Source of the DNA: Mustelus asterias
Lineage: Eukaryota
DNA: 64,000 nt
Assembly (NCBI RefSeq): GCF_964213995.1
Contig: NW_027590198.1
Span: forward strand, 62,001-126,000
Direction of reading: 5' to 3'
Shown here one piece after another: positions 13,421-25,337 of this stretch. Within the stretch, counting starts at the first letter, position 1, and the number at the start of each line of letters is the position of its first letter. The notes below the pieces were generated by a model that saw nothing but the letters and a program-made list of their open reading frames with translations, did not search any database and was not told the origin of the DNA. Both the position numbers and the translations under genes were made by a program.

Positions 13421-14164
13421 AGACAATTGTTGATCTCTTCATCAACTGCATTCCCTAACCTCCATATTCCTTATGCAAACGTAATTGGAGCAGCGCTGGT
13501 AAGCTTACTTCCAGCAATGTAGCTCAAACATACATGAGAGTTTCTTTATTGAATTTTCAGTCATCTACCTGAATCACTCAAACATTCTGGTTCACTGTGT
13601 ACCGTTCAGGATACCTGTCACTGAATCAAGTGGTTAGTTGTTTTCCGTCAAACACTTAGTCATCTCGGACCTCTTAATGAGGAAGTATGATCTGTATTGC
13701 TGAACGTTCCCCTCCAGTTATTTCTCTGATCTGATCTGCTTTCTTCCTGACTACAAGATACAATAGTAAATCTTCCCTCGTTGGTGTTTTGCCCAGCATT
13801 TCGGATTATATAAGCATCTGAAACCAATCGTAGGAAGCTATTCGTTTACCTCCTTTACCGACTTCTTGCATGGAATTAATACGAGACAATATAAATCTCC
13901 ATTACTATTATTGCATAACTTGTCTGCATATTTCTTCCACTATCTGCCTTCCCGGTACAGAGACATGGTGAGGGACACAATAAGTTCAGAGATAGGGTTG
14001 TCGAGGTGAAGAGCTATAGAGTGACACGAAGATGTACAGATTCCGAAAGATACTGAGAAAGAAACTCCTGATATTGAGTTTGATGTAACGGTTAAAATGC
14101 ACTCAGTGTAAACGTTTCCATCGCATCTTCTGATTCTGATTCGCACGCTGTCTCTCAAAGGCAA

Positions 14165-14355
14165 TCAAGAAAGACTTCCATTTATATACCGCCGTTCATG
14201 ACATCAGGACTTCACAAAGAGCTTTACACCCAAAGAAGTCTTCGAATTTTCATCACTGCCTTAATATAGGAGAAGTGGCAGTTAATGGGCGCGCTTCAAA
14301 CTCCACAAAGAACAAAGTGATAATCAGGTCATCGATTTTAGTGATGTAGATTGGA
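14165..14355 (-). mobile_element. Old DeuSINE/AmnSINE-like fragment
   Basis: catttatataccgcc...caggacttcacaaagagctttaca...tcactgccttaatataggag resembles the reverse strand of DeuSINE 3' regions, from recall. Similar relic near 34945-35040. Confidence 0.5.
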
Positions 14356-14573
14356 GGGCTGATGGAAAGTGACATCTGTCAGAAAACCTGTCATTCTGTC
14401 ATCTAAGTTGCCATTTCCGCTCATCGGTCGCACAGATATACATTCAAGTTCACATTTCAGGTTTTGGCTCATTTAGTTCCACTATTGAGGTGGAGGGTGG
14501 GTGATGCAGGCTTTGTAAACCTATTACTAAGGGTCCGAAGCTGTGTTGCTGCTGTGTTCTGTATTCTGATATC

Positions 14574-14926
14574 ATGCAGCATTTTCTCTGTTTGACATCG
14601 GTATTCATCCTTCTTATTCAGGCCAGTGAGGAAATGGAGGCAGTGTTTCAGGATCCACCGAGTATCAGAGTGAGTTATGGAGACATTGTGAAGCTAAACT
14701 GCAATTATTCGACATCACATACTTCTCCTGCTTTCTTCTGGTATATTCAGCACCCAGAGAAACACCCTCAATATCTATTGGAAAAAACGAGCTCTGGAAA
14801 AATTGTGACTGCCTTTGGGAAGCGGCTGCTTTATGCTACTTTAGATAACACAGCAAGAACTGTTCCTTTAACCATTCACTATGCGCAGTTCTCTGACAGT
14901 GCGGTGTGTTACCGTGTACTGGGACA
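14574..14926 (+). pseudogene. TCR V segment with leader and V in a single exon; ORF open but second Cys lost
   Basis: MQHFLCLTSVFILLIQASEE runs directly into AVFQDPP...LNCNYST...FWYIQHP...SDSAVCYRVLG (YYC changed to CYR). Confidence 0.87.
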
Positions 14927-14965
14927 CACAGCGTTACCAGGTCAGTAGAGACCCGTACAAAAAAT
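14927..14965 (+). other. V 23-RSS
   Basis: CACAGCG + 23 nt + ACAAAAAAT. Confidence 0.88.
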
Positions 14966-15367
14966 GCTCCTTCTTTCTAATACGACGTTTTGACTCCACA
15001 CAAGTTGTGATATTTTGCAACTGCCGCAGCAATGTGATGTACATTCTATTAACTACATTCAACAGTTAAATTTGTCTGTATCTGGTTCACTATCTCGTCG
15101 GTTGGGCTTTCTCCACCTGCTCAGATTCTTTTCGCAAATCTCTTTATGTGGTTCCCGCATGCCTGACTGCTAGGTTTGTCATTCTCTCTCTCTCTCTCGC
15201 TCGCTCGCTCCCTCATTCTCAGTTTTCTTTTCTCACATTCCCGTTTATATCACCTCCATCAGACGCATTGCACTCGGTCTCATCTCCCGTTGATATGCAA
15301 TGGTATTAATTATCTCCGAGTATTATCATCCTCTGGGTTGGCATTTGACAGAAGCTGAGCTGAATTA

Positions 15368-15457
15368 TTGTGTGTGTGTGTGCGTGTGCGTGTGCATGTG
15401 TATGTGTGTGTGTGTGTGTGTGCGTCTGTCTGTCTATGTGTTGTGCGTGTGTGTGTC
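15368..15457. repeat. Imperfect (GT)n microsatellite
   Basis: Direct inspection. Confidence 0.9.
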
Positions 15458-17148
15458 CCTCTTTCTCTTTCTATTCTTTCTGTCTATCGTTTTCTTTAGT
15501 TCTCCCTCTCGATTTTCACTCTGTTGTTCTCCCAGCTGGACTTATGTCGTGCTCAACGGTTTGCAACTGTAACAGAATTAATTTTCTCTTAACCACACCC
15601 ACTGATCCAATACATTAGTGCCTAACGGTATTAGATTGCAGTTTACTGGATCAATATTTCTCCTCAAATCGGTGACACGGTTTCTCAGCCAGTTTTTATT
15701 TTATATTGTCCCACAAATCTTTCTATTGGTAACATCAATTTCTGATACTATGATCACTATTGCTGAGATTTTCTACTTCACCCACCTCCTTCCACATGGA
15801 ATACAATCACAGAATCATTACAGCACATCCAAGCTTTCGGCCCTTCCATTCCAGGCTCGCTCCTTGCAATAACAATTTACCTATATTCACTAGCCGACAG
15901 TTCCTAATAACTGTGGAATTTCATTTCATTCAGCTGTTAATGCTATTGCTCTTTGAAAACCATATGCTCATCTGCCTTTACCACCAATCAATTTAACTGT
16001 AGAATTAAATCTACCATCCTGCCTGCGTCCTGTATCCTTTGACTCCGTTGTAGATCAGAAAAATGTCCAATTCAGCATTCGATATTTGGAAGGCCACAAA
16101 AAAATCTGAGAGAAGATATTCCTCCTAATCTCTGCTAAGTTGGAGGCCTCTTATTTTGAAATTGTGCCACGAGTTCTCCTTTCTCCAATCTCCACATCTA
16201 CGTTGTGAAACACGCTGAGAAAAAGTTATGTTTCCAAATGTTCGTCTCTCATTGATCTATATTCAAGTGTATGCCGGCACTTCTAACTAAACATATTGCC
16301 ATAATTCAAACATTTGTTCCCTGGAAATAACGTAATGAATCTTCCCCGAAGAGCTTCCATGCACGTATAACCCTCCTTAAATCAGGACACGAAAATTGTG
16401 TTGAGGTATGATTTCACCAACACTCTGTATAGTCAGAACATTTTGTTTGCCTTCCTAAATATGTACCGTATCTGCGATGCTAACGTGTTGTGATTTATAT
16501 ACGTATGTGCCTTGGTAACGTGCAGTCTGTAGTCTCTCCCAAAATAGTCTTATTTTCTATTCAAACCAGTAATCTGGACAATTTCATTTTTGCCCCATTT
16601 GCCTCAGGGACAAATGTCAATGTAACCTAATTTTTGGTGATAAACAGTGGTTGCTCCCCCAAAGTTTAGTGCTAGCATCACTGTTCTGCACTATATATGT
16701 TCCGTGTTCTTGTCATATTGATTGAAATTTCTAAATATTTCGAATTGTGTCAGAGATTGAGAATTGTACCTTTCAGCTGCAAACGGACCGGTTCAGGCTT
16801 GCAGAATTGGTAAATGAGTGAAAGCTGGAATTTTAGGTGATGCATCTTGACAAAAGGCGTTAACGAGGGCTGATATATGTCAATGCATGGAAGGGGTTCC
16901 AATGAAGGAGTTTGCTATGCCCGAGATCATGCCACGTTCCATCTTTGTTATTCCAAATGTCGTCCTCAGTTGACTGTGTGCATTCGTTTTCTGCTTTGTC
17001 CACTATCCAGGAGCGCAACTCCCTCTGCACATTCATTTTGTTTTACTTTTATGCCTTTGTTCCATTCCCTAAAGGATAAATCCTTCAGATTGGCACAAGG
17101 GTTTTCAACACGAGGAGCCAGGAAACAAACCAGAACGCAACGACGATT

Positions 17149-17753
17149 TGTTAAGAACTGGGAAAAATTTAGATTAGGAATAAACTTATTAAAACAAAAG
17201 AAAATTAGGTAATATAAATTTAAAAAAGGAAATTTATGAGGACAGCTGGAAGAAGGGGGTATTGATAAGTGAACTAACATGCCAGTCAGAAAAGCAAGGG
17301 TTTACATATATGATTGGGGGAATACAATCAGGTGTGGAAGAGGTAACTTCAATGTGATCGTTCAGGGAATTGGAACTTATATGCTCTAGATGCTCATACA
17401 GTTGTATAATATTGGTTGCTGTTTGGCAATAAGGGGCATGTCAGATTTCAGGAAAAGTTGGTTGTTGGGAAAAAAGGGGTTACTTCATGTTAACGTGCGT
17501 ATTTATAGCCATTAGTGTAGTTACGTGCACTGTATTGGTGTTTTATCGTCATGCTTGTCATGCGCTTTTCTTTTTATGTTAATAAATGTTCTTTGTTAAA
17601 TGATCGCAACAAGACTTGACTGTTCCTCCCGGGTTTGCATGTCGTACTTCATGGACACCAAATTGAAATATAAACCATTAAGCACCAGTGTTCCAAGTTA
17701 CACCTCTAGGTTCTGGGATACCCTCGTATTTAACATTAGCAGGGTACATAACA
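17149..17753 (+). mobile_element. Probable solo LTR
   Basis: Starts TGTTAAGAAC and ends GTACATAACA (TG...CA imperfect inverted ends). AATAAA at 17581. The 3' terminus resembles 41105-41147 (…ccctcacatttaacatcagcgaggttcttaaca). Confidence 0.5.
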
Positions 17754-18731
17754 GATGTGTATTCGAGGCAGACAATGCGTGAGAATTGCGAAGATTAAGA
17801 AGCCACTTGGTTGAAACCTTGAAGATCCTGAGGGCTGTGACCGGCTGATTTTCTTCCTGATGGCCTTAATGTGTGGAACATTTTCTCAAAGAAAGAGTAC
17901 CTGCATTTCTACTAGTTCAATGATTCATGCAAGGACAAATCATCAAATAATTTTTCTCACTGATTTATTTTAGCACTTCACTTCTGACCTACGAGGTCAC
18001 TTGATACTTGATACTATCCTTTTTGTATCCGGAGGCAGGAACTGCGAGAGGGACGGGGTGAAAATTGAATAGTATGGGTATTTAGTGTCTGGATTCAAAT
18101 CATGAGAAGTTCTCAGTGACATGTTTCAACTCCTGTTTGAAGTTAACAGCGTGAATACTCAGAAGCTATTTCTCCATCCAGATAGTGTGAAGGATGAGAG
18201 TTTCAGATTAACGAAGAACGACTGGAATGATGAGAAATAGCTGCGCTCCAATTGTTGATAATTTTGGATTTCACTATGTGATCGCTGTGGTTTTTCAATC
18301 GTTGAACATGTTCAGGATTGATGTTGATGGATTTTGGGGCACTGAATGGCTTACGGGATAAAGGTACAGAGCAGATTTATTGTTTCATGAAAAAGATTGG
18401 TCCCAAACATGTTAAATGACAGTACTGATTGGAGGAGCCGAGTGGCCTCTCTTCTCCCGATTCTTATTTTCTTAAGAGGAAATCTCTAAGGAAGGATGGA
18501 AACAGAATGGAAGGGACAGGTTACATTGGCCTGGTGACCAGAAAGCAGCTGCCATCTTTACATGTGATACAACTTTCTTCAATTGCCGTCTCAGTGGAAT
18601 AAAAGGGAAACTCGTGGTAGTTTTCTTACAGAGCTGCTGAAGACCAATTTCACCTTACAAGTCAAGGCGAAAAATTCTGTGATAAAAATATACATTTCGA
18701 TTTGTAATTTAAACCAAACCTTTTGGATTTT

Positions 18732-20852
18732 CTACTTTACTATGCTTACAACGAGACTGCCAATATATATTGCTGCATGTTTCAATTCTTCTCGGAATTT
18801 CCTCTGCGTCACTGCATAAATACACGTGTTAGTGCAACAGCTCAGCAGCTGCAGCATGTTTCCACTTTCTTGGCGAATGAATTTTGGGTCATTGAAATTG
18901 GATCCTCCGAAATATGCTTCATTTGTAATTTTCACATAGAGGAAATCCACAACGTATGTCATCCACAACAGAATGAAACTTCCCGAAATGGCGAAGAGTA
19001 AAACAACAGATTTCTTCCTGTTCTTCATTTCTGGATCACTCTGATTATCTGCACTGCTGTGAGCCCGGAGTCGACGGCGGGATCTACTGGCCGCCAGGAT
19101 GTGTCTGACGGTCAGTACATTAAACAACAAAATCAGAAGGAATGGCAGAATGGGATTTAATATACGTGCAAACCAATCATAGGCTGTCCATGAGAAGGAA
19201 GTGTAGAAAGCTGACTTTATATTACAAAACCATGGCACATTGTTCATTATATAGAGCGGTTCATACATAAAATACCAGGGAATGCTTTTTAAACAACTCA
19301 ACAAACAGACCATTCCAATCACCACAGCTGCAGTTTTCTCGGTGCAATAGTTTGCTTGCAGTTTCTGGCAGCAAATGGCTACATAACGATCAAAGGTGAA
19401 AACGACGGTTAACCAGACAGAACTCTCCGTGGCTGCATATATTATCACAGTACTCAGAGTACAGGCTGGAGTCAACGACATAAAACCTACTGGAAAATAA
19501 ATGCCAATAATCCGGTTGAATATCACAGCAGTGACAACGACAAGGAGATCCGTCACTGCCATGGAAACCAGATATCGAGTGATGCATTTGGAGAGACCAC
19601 ACCTTCCTCGGGAGAGGATCACAATAGCCATCAAGTTAACTGAGAGCAAAAGCAAAATTAAAGTTGTAAATTTATTCAACAAATTCCAAGCACACGCATG
19701 GGTGCTGCGGGTTTTTTTTGACACTTTTGCTGGTTTATCTTCGTTATGGAAGACAGCTATTCTTGGCTTTTCAAGGTTAATTATATTTCAAAAAGAGCTA
19801 CAAGGGCAGACTCCATTTATGTTGCAAATTTAACGCAAAGGGTGTCTCAAGTCGCTTCACAGGAAAGCAATGCAGCAAAATTTGACACCTAATAACATGA
19901 GGCGATATGAAGTTAAATGCTGAATAACTTGACAATGAAATACACTTAAGGAAACTATATAATGAGCAGAGTGAGGAAGAATGGCAATGGCAGCAATTGC
20001 AATGTTCGGGACCGAAAGGCTGTAGATCTCCGGGTTGCATGTAAAATTCGGCATTCAAGCTTTGGACCATGTAACAGATAAGCAGAATAGCCTGTAAATA
20101 CGCTTGACATATTAGTTACACCTGTGTTGTTAAAACGTATAATGTGATAAGGATTCGGTTTGGCTTGTTAGGATTCCACGGGAATATTTTCAGTAAGTAT
20201 GATGTGTCAAGTTAACACAATTTAAGGAGCATCAGATGTGTTTTAATCAGAAATCCCGCTTGCTGGGAAAATACATTTCCAATCTGTTGAGCAATGACAC
20301 TAATTGTTCCGTAATGAGAAGTGAAAAAAAGGATATATATTGTCTGGAGTTTCGAAGAGTAAAGACGATCTTGTTGAAACAAACCAACTTCTTGAAAGGC
20401 TTGACAGAGTAAATACTGGAAGGTTGTGCCCGCTGATTTTGGAATCATGCCCAAAGATTGTATTGCTGGAAATGTTTTCTCACGTTATCCCTGTAGCTGA
20501 ATGCCCAGGAACTATAGGTTACAAAGATATGAATAACCTCACCTCGGTATACACATACTGGCAAGAACAGCCACAGAGTATTGAATGTGTCAGAGACTTA
20601 ATGAGTAAGGCTTAAGTTTAAATAAAATACATACTTAAGTGATGAAAAGACAGGCTACCACTGAGCAATAATGTTTTAGAAGAAAGCTGGAAACAATTAT
20701 GTCATGTTCTTTATTACCATAATGAGCGCTAACTTCATAAATCAATGATGCGTCAAGTTAATGATTTAGTACCACGACTTACCCGGAACCCCAATGGCAG
20801 CAAGAATTGGATAGTAAATGGCATAAACTACACCAGATATTCGCCCGTGCAT
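18732..20852 (-). CDS. Class A orphan GPCR, GPR139/GPR142-like; two exons (20852-20783, 19639-18732), 325 aa
   Basis: Exon 1 MHGRISGVVYAIYYPILAAIGVP with GT donor. Acceptor ctctcag gives in-frame VNLMAIVILSRGRCGLSKCITRYLVSMAVTDLL. Seven hydrophobic segments, FTFDRYVAIC (DRY), NTCIY (NPxxY variant), FREEL helix 8. No internal stops. Confidence 0.92.
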
Positions 20853-21278
20853 TCTGTATGAGAAACGATGACAGTTAAACACAAAGATTCTCTGTCACAA
20901 AGTCACAGGCACCCACATTAATACTGTTGGAAATCTACAGGGACGCAATTAATTTCCAACATTATTTACACTGACTTGAACAAACAGATTCAGCATTCAT
21001 TTTCCAGGTTCATTCTGGGAGGGGTTAGAATATTGCGATATTCCAGGGAGGGGACGATCTAGTCTTTATGTCTCCTGCAGCCTGGGTAATTTTGAGTTGA
21101 ATTACTTAATACTTGGGCAAAAGTAACGGATGTTTATCATGTGAAATGTTCATTATAATGATACAGCTAAAAAATATTATAGCTACGAGGCAGCAGGCAG
21201 CATAGCTCAGTGACATTAGAACTGATGAAAATCGGAATGATAGTAAGATTTTAAAAACTACTGAAGCTGGAATCTGGA

Positions 21279-21437
21279 ACAAAAACAGAAAATGCTGGAA
21301 AATCCCAGCAGGTCTGACAGCATCTGTGGAGCGAAGCGGTCTGACAAAGGGTCATTCAGACTCGAAACATTGGCTCTATTTTCTCTCTGCAGATGCTGTC
21401 AGACCTGCTGAGATTTTCCAGCATTTTCTGTTTTTGT
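21279..21437. mobile_element. Palindromic short element (Penelope-derived-like) with degenerate hammerhead core
   Basis: ~50-bp inverted arms (aaaaacagaaaatgctggaaaatcccagcaggtctgacagcatctg) flank CTGACAA-agggtc-attca-gactc-GAAA. Relatives at ~30580-30730, 57205-57340, 59035-59170 and 61075-61210. Confidence 0.65.
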
Positions 21438-22369
21438 ATCGAAATGACAGTGACAGTCACATGCTATCGAATGGCCTCATATAACAGAAGTAGGAGTCCC
21501 ATGCAACATGTAAGTTCCTCATAAAATGTAAGTCATTCCCAGACAGTACAAATGATGCCGACAGACTCCACCGACCATCACGTCACAATAGCATGCATTC
21601 TCACAAACACATTCACACAGCACCGGAAACATCATGAAACTGCCCAATGCGCACCACGTGGGAGCTGTCAAAAAATCCGACAGAAGAACATATGGAAATT
21701 AATACATATGTTGATAACAATTCCAGCCGTCTTGACTATTCCAGTCGTTTCTTTCCATGTTTATTTTTCTCTGGACCCCATTTCTATTGTGCTAGCTAGA
21801 TTCTCCTTGTTTTTTGGTGGTTCTAAAGCTCTAGTTATTTATTTCGTAGTCGTTCTGTCATTCATGAATTCACTAGGCTCTCTCTATAATATTGCTTCAT
21901 CATGGTCCCCTGTTTGATTAGGATACAGGGATAAACAAAATCGAAATCGTCTCTCCCGTCGCGGTATTACGTTACATAATGGCATGCACCCCTCAGAAAG
22001 CATTCATTTTGCTTTGCATGTCGATTGTTTGAAATCAGTTTTAATGGACCCTAACATTCATTCCCTCCACCACCAATGCAGCCGTCTGCATTACATACAC
22101 GATGCACTGCAGGAACTCACCAAGCCTCGTTAAGCGGTACATTTCAAGCACACAACAGCTGAAACCGAGCAGGACACATTGGAACACTATCACTTTCCAG
22201 ACTTGGAAATGTACTCGATTCCTTCACTGTCCCCTGGAAAATATTCTGGAATTCCCTCCCTAGCAGCGCTGTGTGTTTACATACACCGCAGAGACTGCAA
22301 CCTCTTAAGAAGGCAGTTCACCACCACGTTATCAAGGGCAATTAGAGATTGGTAATGTCTACTGGAATA

Positions 22370-23752
22370 GGCCCGTGAGCCTCACATCTGTAGTGGGTAA
22401 ATTGTTGGAAGGTATTTTGAGAGACAGAATCTACAGGAATTTAGAGACGCAATGACTGATTAGGGACAGGCAGCATGACTTTGTGAGGGGAAAATCATGT
22501 CTCACAAATTTGATTGAGTTTTTTGAAGAGGTAACCAAGAAGGTAGATGAGGGCAGTGCAGTCGATGTTGTCTACATGGACTTTAGCAAGGCCTTTCACA
22601 AAGTACCGCATGGTCGGTTGTTGCATGAGGTTAAATCTCACGGGATCCAGGGTGAGGTATCTAAATGGATACAAAATTGACTTCTTGATGGAAGCCAGAG
22701 GTTGGTTGTAGAGGGTTGTTTTTCAAACTGGAGGCCTGTGACCAGCAGTGTGCCTCAGGGATCAGTGCTGGGTCCACTGTTATTTGCCATTTATATTAAT
22801 GATTTGGATGAGAATATAGGAGGCATGGTTACTAAGTTTGCAGATAACAGTAAGATTGGTGGCATAGTGGACAGTGAAGAAAGTTATCTTCAATTGCAAC
22901 GGGATCTTGATTGGGCCACTGGGCTGCCGAATGGCAGATGGAGTTTAATTTAGACAAAGGCGAGGTGATGTATTTTGGTAGTTTGAACCAGGGCAGGACT
23001 TACTCAGTTAATGGTAGGGCGTTGGGAAGCGTTACAGAACAAAGTGGACTCAAGTGGAGTCTCAAGTGGTCCACCTGAGACTCCACTTTCAAGTGGAGTC
23101 TCAGGTGGACAGAGTGGTGAAAAAGGCATTCGGCATGCTTGGATTCATCGGCCAGAACATTGAATACAGGAGTTGGGACGTCTTGTTGAAGTTGTACAAG
23201 ACATTGGTAAGGCCACACTTGGAATACTGTGTGCAATTTTAGTAACCCTATTATAGAAAGGATATTATTAAACGAGAAAGAGTGCAGAAAAGATTTACTA
23301 GGATGCTACCGCGACTTGATGGATTGAGTTATAAGGAGAGGCTGGATAGACTGGTACTTTTTTCTCTGGAGCCTATGAGGCTGAGGGGTGATCTTATGGA
23401 GGTCTTTAAAATAATGAGGGGCATAGACCAGCTAGATAGTCAATGTCTTTTCCCAGACTTGCAGAGTCTAAAACTAGAGGGCATAGGTTTAAGGTGAGAG
23501 GGGAGAGACACAAAAGTGTCCAGAGTGGCCTTTTCTTCACACAGAGGGTGGTGAGGTAGTAGTGGAGGCGGGTACAATTTTGTCTTTTAAAAAGCATTTA
23601 GATAGTTACATGGGTACGATGAGTATAGAGGGATAAGGGCCAAATGCGGGCAATTGGGATTCGCTTAGTGGTTTAAAAAAAAAAGGGCGGCATGGACAAG
23701 TTGGGCCGAAGGGCCTGTTTCCATGCTGTAAACCTCTATGACTCTATGACTC
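22370..23752 (+). mobile_element. 5'-truncated CR1 LINE (RT to 3' tail)
   Basis: [47 protein letters not shown]; tail ctatgactctatgactcta. Confidence 0.93.
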
Positions 23753-24078
23753 TACTGGCATCGCCAGCGAAGCCCACATCCATTGAATCAATAACAATAA
23801 ATAATCTATTCGAAACCAAGTCGAGCACGCCACCCACAACTGTCGATCACCTGCTGAAATTCTGGATTCTCGCTGCCGGGAGTTTCGACTGAAAATTCAC
23901 AGCTCAGTTCCCCATTTAAATACTGGAGTTTCATTTTAAACTGTGGGCGTGGCTGAATTCACCGATGTTCGGGTCTGAAAGACTTCAGTGCAGCTCTGAG
24001 AGCCAGTCTCCCAGAGCAGTCCAGCTCTGTAGCCTCAGCTCCCTGGCATATAAACCGTCAGCTCCAGACAGCAGAACA

Positions 24079-24550
24079 ATGGGAATCCTTCTTGTTTTCA
24101 CCCTGTGTGCCTGTTTACCCTGATGAGTACCGATCAAACTAACCCACATTGCGTGGATTGAATATAAAGCTGCCTCGTGTCCATCTCAATTACAGACACT
24201 GTCTCGGATTTTAGCCCCTTTGTTTGGTTCGGCTCTGATGGTCCATTAAACTCTCTGTGTTTAATTTCCAGGATCTTTCAATCTGCCAGTGACACAGAGC
24301 CTGGCAGCGTTGACCAGGAAGGAGTGTCAGTCTCTTACCATCACCTGTGTTTTCTGTGAAGTTCATGATTTAGAAAATGGTCAATTTTTCAGACAAATCC
24401 AGACCGGGACGGAGCAGGAGCGGATCTCCAGCGGAGGGAGATTTATTGTATTGGCGAATAAAGCAGAAAAGACATTTTCACTGGAAATTCGGGATGTGAG
24501 AGTTGAAGACAGTGCCACCGATTACTGTAAAGTTCAGCACTGGTACTACT
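24079..24550 (+). pseudogene. NAR-TCR (IgNAR-like) V segment; leader 24079-24121, V exon 24272-24550
   Basis: LPVTQSLAALTRKECQSLTITCVF...FFRQ...QERISSGGRFIVLANKAEKTFSLEIRDVRVEDSATDYCK. The truncated CDR2 region and ERISxGGR...NKxxKxFSL are typical of vNAR, and there is an extra FR1 Cys (RKEC). Leader donor is disrupted (t|gatgagt) and the spliced junction would read TGA. Confidence 0.85.
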
Positions 24551-24590
24551 CACATAGGACACCGCACTGGGAGAGAGATCGACAAAACCC
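24551..24590 (+). other. Degenerate V RSS (23/24 spacer)
   Basis: CACATAG + 24 nt + ACAAAACCC. Confidence 0.7.
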
Positions 24591-24924
24591 TCAGGACAAT
24601 CAAAACAGTAATTCCCAGCAATTCCCATGTTCGGTAACTTGACTTGTCGGGTTGATGTTATTCCCAGTTCAATCTAGTTTAATTTCATTTTAATTTCCAC
24701 CTATCAGTTATAATTCTTCCAGGTTTTTCGCCATTAATAAGAATCTTGCATCTCTGCTCCTGTTCCTGGGAAATTTTACCAGGAACTCAGAGAGTCACAA
24801 GGAAAAGTTTGGTCCAATGAGGTTTTTTTTAAACATCCAATGTTCATTATTGATTCAAATCCCCTGAATAATCGAGAAACACTGATTGCTCGGTAATGGC
24901 TGCTCGGCAGTTTGAGGTGTCAGT

Positions 24925-25015
24925 CATTCTTGTGCTGGGCTGACTGAGAGCGCTGACACTGTGGGGAGAATGGAGATTGCAGATGGGTCTGGGATGGTGG
25001 TGACTATCACAACCG
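24925..25015 (+). other. NAR-TCR-type J segment (coding 24964-25015) with 5' 23-RSS
   Basis: CATTCTTGT + 23 nt + CACTGTG, then ...ADGSGMVVTITT (degenerate xGxGT motif) and a phase-1 donor GTAAGT at 25016. Confidence 0.82.
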
Positions 25016-25337
25016 GTAAGTGACTCCTAATCCCATTATGTTGCAGCCTGTTTAGGTTAGTGTTCACCGTCAGTTTAAATTCGTTATCAGCATCACTTCA
25101 ATTCTCTGCTTCTAAAGCAGGGTGTTTTCCAGTGGAAGATTTTCAACTGCAGATTTAGACCTGGGAGCAGATTAAGAAACCGAAGAGTCTCACAACTCGA
25201 AGAGTCAGGCTATGAGACCAGATTGAAGCAATGTGAGACCCCGAAGGACAGGTATCCCACAGGGAGGGAGGTTCAGTTTACCCAATCTGGACTATTATTG
25301 GTTTAAGGAACAGTAAAACGTCTCCCAACGCTAGATT

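Noticed and set aside
19640-19724. N-terminal extension MSKKTRSTHAC… of the 330-aa GPCR ORF
   Set aside because: It is intron read-through. A proper acceptor at 19641-19640 and a TM1-coding exon at 20852-20783 explain the gene.
24272-24550. Interpretation as an IgNAR antibody cluster
   Set aside because: No multi-D region or Ig constant exons follow. The FR1 Cys and TCR V context fit NAR-TCR better.
24722-24850. GGTTTTT nonamer-like words as D-segment RSSs
   Set aside because: No heptamer at 12 or 23 nt from them.
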